Notes: generated from the letters alone by a model not told the origin. Numbered from the stretch's first letter, positions 25,710 to 36,359 are shown. The stretch is 64,000 nt of DNA from a virus (IMGVR_UViG_3300045242_000006:33287-97286); one strand, 5' to 3'. Translations and numbers: made by a program.

Positions 25710-27529
25710 GCAACTTTCTGATGCAACTGGCTACCGATGGCTACAAACTGGGCCATGGTCCAATGTACCGTAAAGGCACCACTCAAGTTGGTAGCAACCT
25801 GACACCACGTTCTGAAAAGATTCACCGCCGTAACTGCACTGCATTCTACGATGGCAAACTGGTTTGGGTTGGTGGTCAAGCAGCAGTACAAGAGCTGCAC
25901 GAAAACTGGGAACGCACTTTCTTCTCTCAACCTAAATCGAAAGTGATGCCTGAGTACGAAGAATTCCTGATGGGCTATTTGGGTCGTGAACTTCCAACTG
26001 TTGCCCAAATGGATACTCTGCACGATCTGGGTTATCTGCCTCTGGAGTTCCGTTCTCTGCCTGAAGGCTCGCTGGTTCCGATGGGTATTCCTGTCCTGAC
26101 CATCACCAACACTCTGGATGATTTCTTCTGGCTGGTGAACTACCACGAAACTCCGCTGTCCACTTCCACTTGGAAGACAGCAACTAACGCAACTATTGCA
26201 CGTGAGTATCGTAAGATTTGTGAACACTACACCAAGCTGACTGGCTGCTACGATGCCTTCACTGTTTCGGTAATGTGTCACGACTTCTCGATGCGTGGCA
26301 TGAGCGGTATTGAAGACGCTGCACGTAGCGGTATTGGCCACTTGACTCAGTTCATCGGTACTGACACCCTGCCAGCAATCACCTACGCGAAGGGTTACTA
26401 CGATGCAACTGGTTTGATTGGTGTCAGTGTTCCAGCAACTGAACACGCTGTAACTTCGAACAACATTCTGTCGATCTTGGCAGAGTTGCAAAATGGTACT
26501 TACGAATTCTTGTCCCGAGAGCAGGCAGCGATTGCATCTCAAATGAGTTACGACGGACAAGAAGAGCGTTTGATCGCTGAAGTGATGTTCGTGTATGACC
26601 TGATTACCCGCATTGTACCTAACGGTATCGTGTCTAACGTGTCGGACACCTACGACTTCTGGGGTATGCTGAGCCGTGGTTATCCGTACCTGAAAGATGT
26701 AATCATGCGTCGTGAGGGAATGGGTCCACAACCGGGTAAACTGGTGGTGCGTCCAGACTCTGGTGATCCTGTTGAAGTGATCTGCGGTGCTATCGCTCTG
26801 AATGTTGACGACTCTGAAGACTTCGGTGAGATTGAGTTCCAAGCTGTTCGCTGGATGGAGAAACACCAAGACCGCTTCAAGGTTAATGAAGGCTACGAAT
26901 TCACCTTCGTGTGTAACGATGGCGTGTACGCAACTCTGCAAATCTCTTCGTATCCGGGTGAAGAACACGGCAACGGTGATGATCTGTACTTTGAAGTGCA
27001 CTGCGGTTGGTACGAGACTGACGTGACCCCAGAAATGAAGGGTGCGATTCGTGTCCTGTTCGAAACCTTCAGTGGTACTATCACTGAGACTGGCCACAAA
27101 ATACTTGACTCGCACATGGGCTTGATTTATGGTGACTCGATCACTGCCAAGCGTGCTCTGGAGATTCTGGATCGTTTGATGGAGAACGGCTACGCTGCTG
27201 CAAACGTTGTGTTTGGTGTTGGTAGTTTTACATACCAGTGCAACACACGTGATACCTTTGGCTTTGCGGTTAAGGCTACTAACTCTGTCATCAATGGTGA
27301 TGAGGTGGCAATCTACAAAGATCCGAAGACTGACAGCAAGAAGAAAAGTGCCAAAGGTCGTCTGTTTGTCGATCTGGACCACGAACTGGATGGCTACCCA
27401 TTCTCGCTGCAAGATAACGTGTCTGCTGAGAAGGAAGCAAGCCCAGAGAACATGCTGAAAGTGTTCTACCGTGATGGCGTTTTCCTGAGCCGTGTAACGC
27501 TTGATGAGATTCGTCAACGTTCAATCTGA
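25706..27529 (+). CDS. nadV: Nicotinamide phosphoribosyltransferase-like (Namat candidate)
   Basis: TDGYK, HDFSMRG, PATEHAV, RPDSGDP, IYGD, KKSAKG. Confidence 0.93.
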   Translation: MSNFLMQLATDGYKLGHGPMYRKGTTQVGSNLTPRSEKIHRRNCTAFYDGKLVWVGGQAAVQELHENWERTFFSQPKSKVMPEYEEFLMGYLGRELPTVAQMDTLHDLGYLPLEFRSLPEGSLVPMGIPVLTITNTLDDFFWLVNYHETPLSTSTWKTATNATIAREYRKICEHYTKLTGCYDAFTVSVMCHDFSMRGMSGIEDAARSGIGHLTQFIGTDTLPAITYAKGYYDATGLIGVSVPATEHAVTSNNILSILAELQNGTYEFLSREQAAIASQMSYDGQEERLIAEVMFVYDLITRIVPNGIVSNVSDTYDFWGMLSRGYPYLKDVIMRREGMGPQPGKLVVRPDSGDPVEVICGAIALNVDDSEDFGEIEFQAVRWMEKHQDRFKVNEGYEFTFVCNDGVYATLQISSYPGEEHGNGDDLYFEVHCGWYETDVTPEMKGAIRVLFETFSGTITETGHKILDSHMGLIYGDSITAKRALEILDRLMENGYAAANVVFGVGSFTYQCNTRDTFGFAVKATNSVINGDEVAIYKDPKTDSKKKSAKGRLFVDLDHELDGYPFSLQDNVSAEKEASPENMLKVFYRDGVFLSRVTLDEIRQRSI

Positions 27530-27692
27530 TCTATCGCCCCTCTTCGGAGGGGCTTCTTTTCAAAGGAGGATTTATGGAATTTGTGATATTTGTTCTTGGT
27601 ATTCTGGCTATTGCTGCCCTCTCTGATGCACATGATAAATGGCACGAACGTCAGATGACACAACCAAAGCACTTCAAGGAGACGATTTACGT

Positions 27693-27917
27693 ATGAAGCT
27701 ACTCTGCACTTACTTTGCAGCTGGAATTCGATACAACTGGGGCCAAGAGAGTTCATTCCACAGAGTCTTTAAAGTTACTTGTGGAGCACCCTATGATGCT
27801 GTATGGGCTGCTGACTGGATTCAAAAACAGATTGAAAGCAAAGGTGGTAATGTGGTGTTTACGCAATTCAATATGGTGGGTGCTCCACAGGAGGTGAGTG
27901 ATGACTTTGAAGTATAA
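27693..27917 (+). CDS. Hypothetical protein
   Basis: Start at MKLLCTY, coupled to a 40-aa membrane ORF at 27574-27696. Confidence 0.6.
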   Translation: MKLLCTYFAAGIRYNWGQESSFHRVFKVTCGAPYDAVWAADWIQKQIESKGGNVVFTQFNMVGAPQEVSDDFEV

Positions 27918-28416
27918 GGTTGGTGATATTTGCGATGCTCTGCAATCTGGTGAAGTGAGTGCAATTGGGCACCAAGCAAACTGCTTCAACACTATGAACT
28001 CTGGGGTTGCCAAGGCTATCCGTGCACGCTTCCCAGATGCTTACGATGCTGACTGTGAAACAGTTAAAGGTGACATCACAAAGTTTGGTGATAGCTCTAT
28101 AGGGACTATGTACAATGATACGCACAATATGGGTTTGATCTACAACTTGTATGGCCAGTACAATTATGGTTATGACGCAAAAGGTTATACCAGTTATCCT
28201 AAGTTGAAACAGGCTCTTGAGAGTATGCGTGACGACCTGCTGAGTGCAACCGATTACCACCCACATTACTTCAAAGTAGGTTTCCCTAAAATTGGTGCTG
28301 GACTTGGAGGTGGGGATTGGGATACAATCGCTGAAATCATCGACCAAGTGTTCGACGAACGTTTCAGTGTCACAATCTACGTACTAAGGGAAGACGATGT
28401 ACCGGGACGCGGTTGA
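27901..28416 (+). CDS. Macrodomain (ADP-ribose binding/hydrolase) protein
   Basis: GDI, HQANC...MNSGVA, NLYGQ, PKIGAGLGGGDW. Confidence 0.92.
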   Translation: MTLKYKVGDICDALQSGEVSAIGHQANCFNTMNSGVAKAIRARFPDAYDADCETVKGDITKFGDSSIGTMYNDTHNMGLIYNLYGQYNYGYDAKGYTSYPKLKQALESMRDDLLSATDYHPHYFKVGFPKIGAGLGGGDWDTIAEIIDQVFDERFSVTIYVLREDDVPGRG

Positions 28417-28546
28417 GTACAAACCGGGGCATTGGCTTGCTCCGGGTAGTGAAACCTTAGAGCTTTACAAAGCTAAAAAATTCAAGGAGCTTGAAGCTCT
28501 ACTTAAACAAACTGACGCCGCTTGGCGTAAACTGGAGGGACGATAA

Positions 28547-28849
28547 ATGATTGCTTCTGCACTGGAATTCTTGTTAAACAACTGGTTGATCATCGCTACT
28601 GCATACGGTATCGTGTATGCCACCTACGTGTTCTACTACCTGTACAGTATCCGTTTCAAAGAGGTGCGTCGTGTCACCACACGTGACTTCAGTGAAGCCT
28701 GTGGTGAAGCTGTGTTCGGTCCATTCATCCTGCCATGCTGTGTCATCGGTGACGCACTGTCCACTGTCAAAGTGAGTATTCTGGCAATGGTGAACATCGG
28801 TTTGCCGAAGGAAGAGCCTAAGAAAGGTTCTGATCGTTCGGTAGTCTGA
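28547..28849 (+). CDS. Hypothetical membrane protein
   Basis: N-terminal TM segment. Confidence 0.65.
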   Translation: MIASALEFLLNNWLIIATAYGIVYATYVFYYLYSIRFKEVRRVTTRDFSEACGEAVFGPFILPCCVIGDALSTVKVSILAMVNIGLPKEEPKKGSDRSVV

Positions 28850-29421
28850 TGAAATTCTACACTGGCGTTGGAAGTCGCGAATCACCAAGTGAAATCCTGA
28901 AGTTGATGGAAAACATTGGTGAAAAGCTTGCCAGTCAGGGTTGGACTCTACGCTCGGGCGGTGCCGTTGGTGCCGACCAAGCTTTTGAGAAAGGGATGTT
29001 CAAGTTTGCAGGATATGACCAACCCTACAGTTGGTTGCCTGCTGAAATCTACCTTCCTTGGAGCGGTTATGAAGACCATTATAAGGATACCCACGGTGGA
29101 TTGAACATCCTTCCCAGCCAAATCAAGCTTGACGACGAACGTATTGCTGAGGGTATGGCAATGGCGATTCACCCAGCTTGGGAAGCATGCAAACAAGGTG
29201 CAAAGAAGATGCACACTCGTAATGTGTTCCAAGTGCTGGGAAGAACGCTTGACGCACCATCCAAAATGCTGATAGCATGGACTCGTCTTGATAATCGCGG
29301 CAACCCTAAAGGTGGGACAGCCACAGCGATCAATCTGGCAAATGAAAATGGTGTCTCAACCTTCAACTTGAACAAGCCTGAAGATTTTGAACGCGTTAAT
29401 AAGTGGATTGGAGGCTTGTGA
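28849..29421 (+). CDS. SLOG/DprA-like protein
   Basis: YTGVGSR, RSGGA.GAD, TRN, GGT..A. Confidence 0.8.
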   Translation: MKFYTGVGSRESPSEILKLMENIGEKLASQGWTLRSGGAVGADQAFEKGMFKFAGYDQPYSWLPAEIYLPWSGYEDHYKDTHGGLNILPSQIKLDDERIAEGMAMAIHPAWEACKQGAKKMHTRNVFQVLGRTLDAPSKMLIAWTRLDNRGNPKGGTATAINLANENGVSTFNLNKPEDFERVNKWIGGL

Positions 29422-29585
29422 TTGCTAATGAAAGATATCTCTAAGTGCGTTGGCACTGATTGCAAGAAACGTGAAACGTGTGTAAGATTCACACACCCAG
29501 CACGTGAAAAGTATCAGTCATACATTAACATGTGCGTCTCTGTTAAAGATGTTGACAACTGTAGATTTTATGCGGAGGATTTAGT

Positions 29586-29828
29586 ATGTCTCACGGCGGT
29601 ATGACCAGAGAACAGGGCGAGGAATACAAAGCTTACCTTGCACGCCTAAAAGAGCAAATCGTTCAAGGTGTTCATCTACTTGATGACAATGATAAACTCT
29701 ACCTGCTTGATAAGGTGGAAGAGTCTCGCTGGGAAACGGGTGCAACCTACAATCGTGGTGTACATATCCTGATGGACGTGATACAATATATTGTGGAAGC
29801 GAGCTACGCTTCTCCTAATAAGAGGTGA
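29586..29828 (+). CDS. Hypothetical protein
   Basis: GGAGG RBS. Confidence 0.65.
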   Translation: MSHGGMTREQGEEYKAYLARLKEQIVQGVHLLDDNDKLYLLDKVEESRWETGATYNRGVHILMDVIQYIVEASYASPNKR

Positions 29829-29831
29829 CAA

Positions 29832-30152
29832 ATGACACAAAGAGTTATGGTTTACATTATCTGCCGTTTGATCGAGGTTAGTAACCAAGGGGCTGGATCA
29901 ATCGTTGACGACTGGTGGGTTGATTGCACAACCAATGGAAGCAGCGACATCACTGCAATCAAGGCAGCCAGAAACGCAGCGGGCAACAACACTAAAACAT
30001 CTGTAGTGCAGTATCACGTTTACTACGCTGATGGTGGGCACGCTCGCTTCAAAGAGAGCTACTACCTTGCGGAAGAGAAGGCTCTGTGGCCTTCTGACGC
30101 GTCTCTGCGTCCAGATCCACTGGTTCCTACACCGGAACTACTACCTGCGTAA
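29832..30152 (+). CDS. Hypothetical protein
   Basis: GAGG RBS; hairpin follows. Confidence 0.65.
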   Translation: MTQRVMVYIICRLIEVSNQGAGSIVDDWWVDCTTNGSSDITAIKAARNAAGNNTKTSVVQYHVYYADGGHARFKESYYLAEEKALWPSDASLRPDPLVPTPELLPA

Positions 30153-30208
30153 CCTTATGGGCGTCCAGCGATGGGCGCCTATTTTATTGTCCGAAAAAGG
30201 AGAGAAAT

Positions 30209-30598
30209 ATGGAATTGTCTAACAAAATTGAAGGTGCACTGTGGTACGAGTTTGATCAGAACAACTCTGGTGGCTACTTCGAACGTGATGATTTTGTGGC
30301 TGACGTCGTGTTCATTCAAGCGATGAATTATGATCAAGCTGAAGATATCATGCGTGATATGATTGACGAGGCTGATGCTTGGAGTTACTGCGATTGCTGC
30401 GGGGAGCGTTGGAGTCTTTGGGGAGATGTCAAGGGTTTTGAAATGCCAACTCGTTATAGTAAGGACGTGACCAAAGAAGGTCTTGAGTTGTACAGTAGTG
30501 ATGGTTATGCACTATTCCACGGTTTAAATGGTCGCACCTTGAAGTGGAATGGCAAAGATACTCCTACTGAACTGGGGAAACTGAGTCATGGCCTGTGA
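30209..30598 (+). CDS. Conserved phage hypothetical protein
   Basis: QNNSGG.F...C.CCGERW motif. Confidence 0.75.
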   Translation: MELSNKIEGALWYEFDQNNSGGYFERDDFVADVVFIQAMNYDQAEDIMRDMIDEADAWSYCDCCGERWSLWGDVKGFEMPTRYSKDVTKEGLELYSSDGYALFHGLNGRTLKWNGKDTPTELGKLSHGL

Positions 30599-30800
30599 AT
30601 GTCAACTCTGCAAAGACCTACGACACCTTAAAGATTGTGGTGTCTCAGAGGAATTTATGGATCACTATCTCGATGAAGGTCTTGATGCAGAATACCGAAA
30701 AGCAGTCCTTGACGGCTCTTGGCCTTCTAGCGTAGAATTGCTCACATCAGCACTAGAGCGTGCTATCAAACGGAGAGAAGAAAATGAGCATATTCGATAA
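30588..30800 (+). CDS. Hypothetical protein
   Basis: Coupled ORF, LDGSWP. Confidence 0.65.
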   Translation: MACECQLCKDLRHLKDCGVSEEFMDHYLDEGLDAEYRKAVLDGSWPSSVELLTSALERAIKRREENEHIR

Positions 30801-31920
30801 AGCTGGCGTAGGTACAACAGTCCGTGACCTGCCAATAAAAGGAGCAACACCCGGTCATGCACCAGCCTTCGTTGGTGTGATTGAACCTCTACGACCAAGT
30901 GCGTTTCCAGCCACCCTTCGGCAGAACACACTACCAGCACGTCAGTTGATTGTGTCTGATGATGATATTGACCGCATTGGTGAGAATGTCTCACGTGATC
31001 TGGGCAACACCACTCAGAAGATCATCACCAAGATGTCTGTTGGTAAGTTCGATGAGTTGGGTGCGATCCTGACTGTGATTGCCGCTGAGGCTGACAAACT
31101 TGATCCTGCATCACTCCAGAAAGGTGGTGTGGTGGGTTGGTTCCAGAATAAATTCAGCGATCTGAAGGCAACCCTAACCATGCGTCTTGTGTCCGCTCAG
31201 GAAGTGTTCGGTGACTTGGAGAACAAAATCTCCATGAACATTACTGTCCAGCAGCAGTGGATCACTGACATGGAAGGTTTGTATGGCGAGAACTACAACC
31301 ACTATGGTAAGATCGTAGCTGAGATGCGTGAAGTGGAAGGACTGATTTCGAATTGTGAATCTCAAGTAGCCGCTTGGCCTGCCATTGACATGGATAGCCC
31401 AAACGCTGCTATGGAAGCACAAATGGTTCGTGACGCTGAGTCCAAGATTCACCGTCTAAAGCTTAAACTGGACACACTATTGCGTCTGAAAACTATGACT
31501 GAAATTAATAGTCCTCGTATTCGCCAACAACAAGAGTCGAGCCGTACAGCCGTCTCTACACTGAAAGGTATTATGATGAACATCCCAGTCATCATGATGG
31601 AATTCGCACTGTTCAAGCAAACCTTGGACGTGAACAGCAGCATTCAGCTTGTGAGTAATGTTCGTGATTTGACTGAAAAGTCTTTGCTTCAAGGATCTGC
31701 TGGTGCTAAACTTGCTGCTATCTCAAGTGCTAAGGCACTAGGCACAGCAACCATCTCCACTGAGACTTTGAGTACCTTGCGTAACCGAGTTTTGGAGACT
31801 GTAACTGAGGTGCGTCAGATTGAGCGGGATGATGTTGTCCGCTGCACAAATGATGCGAAACAACTTGTAGATGGTCAGAAAACACTGTTGACAGCACTAC
31901 AACAAACGGGTAGTATTTGA
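30784..31920 (+). CDS. TelA/KlaA-like toxic anion resistance protein
   Basis: ~378-aa coiled-coil helical protein next to vWA/TerC/TerD. Confidence 0.7.
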   Translation: MSIFDKAGVGTTVRDLPIKGATPGHAPAFVGVIEPLRPSAFPATLRQNTLPARQLIVSDDDIDRIGENVSRDLGNTTQKIITKMSVGKFDELGAILTVIAAEADKLDPASLQKGGVVGWFQNKFSDLKATLTMRLVSAQEVFGDLENKISMNITVQQQWITDMEGLYGENYNHYGKIVAEMREVEGLISNCESQVAAWPAIDMDSPNAAMEAQMVRDAESKIHRLKLKLDTLLRLKTMTEINSPRIRQQQESSRTAVSTLKGIMMNIPVIMMEFALFKQTLDVNSSIQLVSNVRDLTEKSLLQGSAGAKLAAISSAKALGTATISTETLSTLRNRVLETVTEVRQIERDDVVRCTNDAKQLVDGQKTLLTALQQTGSI

Positions 31921-31943
31921 TCCACAAACAAAGGAGGCTATAC

Positions 31944-32603
31944 ATGAACTTGCTAGACCTGAGTAAATCCCTTGAGCTGAATCTGGCCAAGGCTGAGATT
32001 TTTAATGTACCTGTCATGGCAGTAAAACTGCTGGTTGATAAATCTGGCAGTATGGAGACAGAGTATCGCACTGGCTGGGTACAAAACACCATTGACCTGT
32101 TCTTGGTAGCAGCAATGAAGTTTGATGACGACGGCGTTCTGCAAATTGGGTTCTTCAATACCTCGTTTGATCAGACCCAAGATGTTACTGAAGTTGACGC
32201 TGGTAGCTATATCAAACGTAATGGCATCTACCCACACGGCGGTACATCGTTTGCTGGTGGTATCCAAGCGTTCAAAGGGGCTTCTGGTACAACTAAACCG
32301 GGTCTGTTCGGTAAGTTGATGGGTAAGAAGGAAGTGTCGAACACTCCAGTATACCTTGCCATGATCACTGATGGTGAGAATAACGATAAAGCTGCTTTCG
32401 AGCGTGAACTGGCTCAATTGGACAACACTTTTGTACAAATCGTTGGTATTGGTCGTGGAGTTGATAAGAATTACCTTGACAAGGTGGCTAAAAACTACAA
32501 TAATGTCTCCGTCATCTACTTGGACAACCCACAGAACGTGACGCCAGACGAGTTTTACGAGAAACTTCTCAACACCGACCTCAAAGCATTTATTAAGGAG
32601 TAA
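31944..32603 (+). CDS. vWA domain protein (Ter-associated)
   Basis: MIDAS DKSGSM, FDDDG, GGT, ITDG. Confidence 0.88.
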   Translation: MNLLDLSKSLELNLAKAEIFNVPVMAVKLLVDKSGSMETEYRTGWVQNTIDLFLVAAMKFDDDGVLQIGFFNTSFDQTQDVTEVDAGSYIKRNGIYPHGGTSFAGGIQAFKGASGTTKPGLFGKLMGKKEVSNTPVYLAMITDGENNDKAAFERELAQLDNTFVQIVGIGRGVDKNYLDKVAKNYNNVSVIYLDNPQNVTPDEFYEKLLNTDLKAFIKE

Positions 32604-32607
32604 CACA

Positions 32608-33273
32608 TTGGAATTCTTAGCTCATATTGACTTCGCAGCGATCTTCAAGATCGTAATGATTGACCTGCTACTGGGTCTGGACAATGCGATTGTCATTGCA
32701 CTAGCCTGTGCTACCCTTGCTGTAAGTGTACGTGGTAAAGCGATCCTCTTAGGCACTGCTGGAGCCATTGCACTGCGAGCTATCCTGCTGGTCTTTGCAA
32801 CCTTCCTCCTCGGGATTCCATTCTTGAAGTTGATTGCGGGTGCTTACCTTGTCTTCATCGGTTACAAGTTGCTGACTGCACATGAAGAAGACCCAGACGT
32901 TGCACAGAAAGATACAATTTGGGGTGCGGTATGGACCATCATTGTAGCTGACTTTATGCTCTCGCTGGATAACGTAATGGGTGTTGCTGGAGCTGCAAGT
33001 GGCACTGCTCACGCTACAATCTACGCTGTGTTGGGTATTGTTGTAAGTATTCCAGTGATCGTCTACGGTGCGAAGTATCTGACTGGTTGGATGGATAAGT
33101 TCCCGATTATCATCTGGATTGGTGCTGCAATGTTAGGTGTTGTTGGTGCAGAAATGTTCATCACTGACCCGTTCATCGCTAGCCACATTGAAATCAACCA
33201 CATTCTGGCTAAAGTTGTAGGAGGTGCACTTGTTCTCATTGCTGCGTTCACTAACAAACAAATCACTAAATAA
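32608..33273 (+). CDS. terC: TerC/YjbE family membrane protein
   Basis: DLLLGLDNAIVIALA, IIVAD.MLSLDNV. Confidence 0.92.
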   Translation: MEFLAHIDFAAIFKIVMIDLLLGLDNAIVIALACATLAVSVRGKAILLGTAGAIALRAILLVFATFLLGIPFLKLIAGAYLVFIGYKLLTAHEEDPDVAQKDTIWGAVWTIIVADFMLSLDNVMGVAGAASGTAHATIYAVLGIVVSIPVIVYGAKYLTGWMDKFPIIIWIGAAMLGVVGAEMFITDPFIASHIEINHILAKVVGGALVLIAAFTNKQITK

Positions 33274-33283
33274 GGGGAATATT

Positions 33284-33835
33284 ATGGAACTCAATCTGTC
33301 GAAAACAACCGCTCTGCTAGACCTGACCAAAGTAGCACCAAGCCTTGTAGAAGTACGTGGTGAACTGAGCTGGGGCATGCACCCAATCAAAGGTCAAGAG
33401 TTTGACCTCGATATCTTCGCCTTCATCACCTCGAATGGTAAGATTGGTAGCACTGCTGATGTGGTCTTCTTCAACAACAAGACTGCCTATAACGGTGCGG
33501 TAGTTTACCCACGTGATAGCCGTGATGGTGGTGACGTTGAAGAGGTTACTGTTAAACTCGGTAGCGTGCCTGCTGACAAAGACAGCATTGAAATCTTCGT
33601 ATTCATCCACGAAGGTGTGCAACGTCAACAAGACTTCAGCATGGTTCAAAGTGGCTCCTTCAAACTCTTTGATGAGAAGGGCACACTGATCCAAGACTAC
33701 AAGCTGCAACAGTTTGTCAATGGTACTGCACTGCATATTGGTAGCCTGATCCGTAACCCTTCTGGCTGGGGTTTCCAACCAGTAGGTGAGTCGGCAGTAG
33801 CCAACCCTAACGAAGTGCTTAGCGCTTTCGTGTAA
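33284..33835 (+). CDS. terD: TerD family protein
   Basis: FDLD, VFFNN, D.RDG, W.F.P.G. Confidence 0.88.
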   Translation: MELNLSKTTALLDLTKVAPSLVEVRGELSWGMHPIKGQEFDLDIFAFITSNGKIGSTADVVFFNNKTAYNGAVVYPRDSRDGGDVEEVTVKLGSVPADKDSIEIFVFIHEGVQRQQDFSMVQSGSFKLFDEKGTLIQDYKLQQFVNGTALHIGSLIRNPSGWGFQPVGESAVANPNEVLSAFV

Positions 33836-33913
33836 TACAAAGAGCCTCCCTTGTGGAGGCTTTCTTTATGTGTTATCATACCAGCTACATTAAACCTATA
33901 CAGGAGATACAAA

Positions 33914-34261
33914 ATGTTCTACGGATGCGATAGTTATGGTGACTACAGACCGGGTGGTAAAGTCAGTGATTACAGCTTGGCAGAGCCAATCAAATCGAGA
34001 AGCCTCAACTTCTATGTACAAGACCTTCCAATGATTCTAGCTGAAGCTACAATGCACAATGCACTGGTATTCAAGCTTCCAGTTGGGCTGCCTTACGGTG
34101 TGAGAGTACGTGTCTGGAGCCAGTGGTTCCCTGACACAGCCTTCCTTGGTGAGATGGTGAGTTATTCGATCTACGATGAGTCTGGAGCTGCTGTAGAAGT
34201 GATGGCAGCCTACGCGGATTTCGATGTGAATACTGTTCCATGGCTTGATATTATTGCTTGA
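33914..34261 (+). CDS. Hypothetical protein
   Basis: AGGAG RBS. Confidence 0.7.
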   Translation: MFYGCDSYGDYRPGGKVSDYSLAEPIKSRSLNFYVQDLPMILAEATMHNALVFKLPVGLPYGVRVRVWSQWFPDTAFLGEMVSYSIYDESGAAVEVMAAYADFDVNTVPWLDIIA

Positions 34262-34320
34262 CGCGGATGAAAAATTAGGCGATAGTGCATCGCCTTCTCA
34301 CACACTACAAAGGAGAATAC

Positions 34321-34710
34321 ATGAAAATTACATCTATTGAAGAAGCATCTTGGAGCCGTTCGTCTTGGAGCGGATATGATGGTTTCATCATCACACTTGA
34401 AGACAATACACAAATCAAACTGGGCATCTCTAATGGTCAAGGTTGCTGTGAACAGTGGGGTTACCTGATGTCGCAAGACGACTTCTCAGATTTTATTGGT
34501 GCGGCTGTTCTCAATATCGAGGGTGTAGACTCTGAGCGTGCCAGCATTGACCTTGGGCGTGAGCTTTATGAAGGCAATGCGATGTTCATCAACGTCTATA
34601 CCACTGCTGGTTTGCTACAGTTTGTAGCTTACAATGAGCACAATGGTTACTACTCTCACGAAGCTGTGGTGATTGAGAATGGAACAGTTACAATCTCCGA
34701 GAGTTTGTAA
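34321..34710 (+). CDS. Conserved phage hypothetical protein
   Basis: Q.CCE.WGY...YNEHNGYYSH. Confidence 0.75.
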   Translation: MKITSIEEASWSRSSWSGYDGFIITLEDNTQIKLGISNGQGCCEQWGYLMSQDDFSDFIGAAVLNIEGVDSERASIDLGRELYEGNAMFINVYTTAGLLQFVAYNEHNGYYSHEAVVIENGTVTISESL

Positions 34711-34866
34711 TCTCTGCGGTGCGGAAGAACCACTCCCTTGGTTTGACGCTCCAATGAACTATACTATAGTGGGCTACGCTCGCACCTACACTTCCCCAGT
34801 GAAGCAATATTACCCTTCACTGTGGGATGCCATTGATGTTTGGGGAAACACGGAGGGGCTGGACAG

Positions 34867-35310
34867 GTGATTGTATTCTGGAAGAAGAAGGACATCAACA
34901 ATGGCGAACAGAATGTCACAGAGCTAACCATTCTAGAGTGGAAGAAGCTGTTCAGCATCAAATTGTTTCACTTTCACAAGACCACAGGTGATCAAGACCG
35001 ATTCCACACCCACTCTTTCAATGCTGTTAGCTTTCTACTGAAAGGGAATTACATTGAAGAAGTGATTGTAGGAAAGAAGGTGTTGCCACTTCCGAGGAAT
35101 CGGAGTAAGATTCTTTACATTCCAAAGGGTGAATTCCATAGAATCACCAAGAGTGACGGGTGCAGAACGCTCCTAATCACTGGCCCTTGGGAACCCGAGT
35201 GGACTGAGCTGAGAGAGCTTGGCAACTCTAAATATCAGGAAGTATTTTGCGGATCTGGACGAACCGATCTTAGGGTTGGACACATTGTTGAATTGGAGGG
35301 TTTAGAATGA
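34867..35310 (+). CDS. Cupin-fold protein
   Basis: FHTH...G.Y.E...FHRI...TLLITGP. Confidence 0.7.
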   Translation: MIVFWKKKDINNGEQNVTELTILEWKKLFSIKLFHFHKTTGDQDRFHTHSFNAVSFLLKGNYIEEVIVGKKVLPLPRNRSKILYIPKGEFHRITKSDGCRTLLITGPWEPEWTELRELGNSKYQEVFCGSGRTDLRVGHIVELEGLE

Positions 35311-35549
35311 CAGCAGTACAAGTGGTAAAGATTGAAACACGTAGTGAACGTCAAGCACGGGAACGTCTTGTCTGGATTGATGATGCTGTAGCATATCTAA
35401 TTGCCATTGGTGTCTACGCACCAGATGAATTTGAAGGTGCGAAAGATCTGGCAGAGAATCTGCATTGTAACTTGGTTGACGAGGATGGAGAAATTGATTA
35501 CACTCCACAAGAATCTGTAGATGAAGAACTGACCTACTGGGGTGATTAA
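35307..35549 (+). CDS. Hypothetical protein
   Basis: Coupled ORF. Confidence 0.65.
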   Translation: MTAVQVVKIETRSERQARERLVWIDDAVAYLIAIGVYAPDEFEGAKDLAENLHCNLVDEDGEIDYTPQESVDEELTYWGD

Positions 35550-35767
35550 TGGATTTATCTATGGCAGTAGCAGAGAAGGCCAGTCCGCGTGGTCGTCACC
35601 TTATCATTGCTGATCTTGAGAAGATGGTGAGACCTGAATTCCACCCTCGCATTTGGGAATTAATTAATGAATTAGAAAATTCTGCTTGGGAAGCTGGTGC
35701 AGATGAAGGTTATGACCACGGCCACCAAGATGCTGCATCCACTGAATATGCACACATAGGAGTTTGA
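35549..35767 (+). CDS. Hypothetical protein
   Basis: Coupled ORF. Confidence 0.65.
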   Translation: MDLSMAVAEKASPRGRHLIIADLEKMVRPEFHPRIWELINELENSAWEAGADEGYDHGHQDAASTEYAHIGV

Positions 35768-36359
35768 CATGACAATGTACAGAGATTACAATGGCGACCT
35801 CTGGGATAGTGAGGCTGAGACAATGACAGATTGGGAATACTTGGAAAGGCGAGAGCACATTGAGAATGTCCGCCACTGGGAAGGTGATGAAGACACTGAC
35901 CACATGCTAAGCCAACTGAACAAGGAGTATGGGAATTGACTTTAGGAGCGCCTGTTGTAGAAGTGGTATGGTTGATCCCAACCTTCTTTGCTGGTATGCT
36001 GTTCGCTGCAATCACAATTAGTTTTGAGCTTTGGTTGAGGAAAGGAAAATGACTGAACATGAACTTGAACTACAAGAGAAAACCAAGTACAACACCTTCT
36101 ACGATGCTCTTGCTGAGTGCGGAGAGCTTTGCCCTAATGGTGCAAGTCGTTGGTTTAACGATGTACTAGAAATGTTTGGCAATGAGTTCGAAGAAATACT
36201 CGACTACGGCGACTAACCTACGGAGAAGATTAATGAATTGGAAATGCTTCTTGGGTCTGCACGATCTGAAGACAAAACTGATAACTAATGGTGATCGTAA
36301 GGGCTTCACAGTCCAGAAATACATCGTCATACAATGCACTAGATGCAAGGAGAGCTTTA

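Noticed and set aside
26790-27030. Insertion in NAMPT as a possible intein
   Set aside because: Too short and lacks Cys/Ser-1 and His-Asn termini; looks like a variable loop.
25469-27517. 682-aa minus-strand ORF
   Set aside because: Antisense shadow of the NAMPT gene; no RBS or motifs; explained by codon bias. The same applies to most opposite-strand ORFs in the track.
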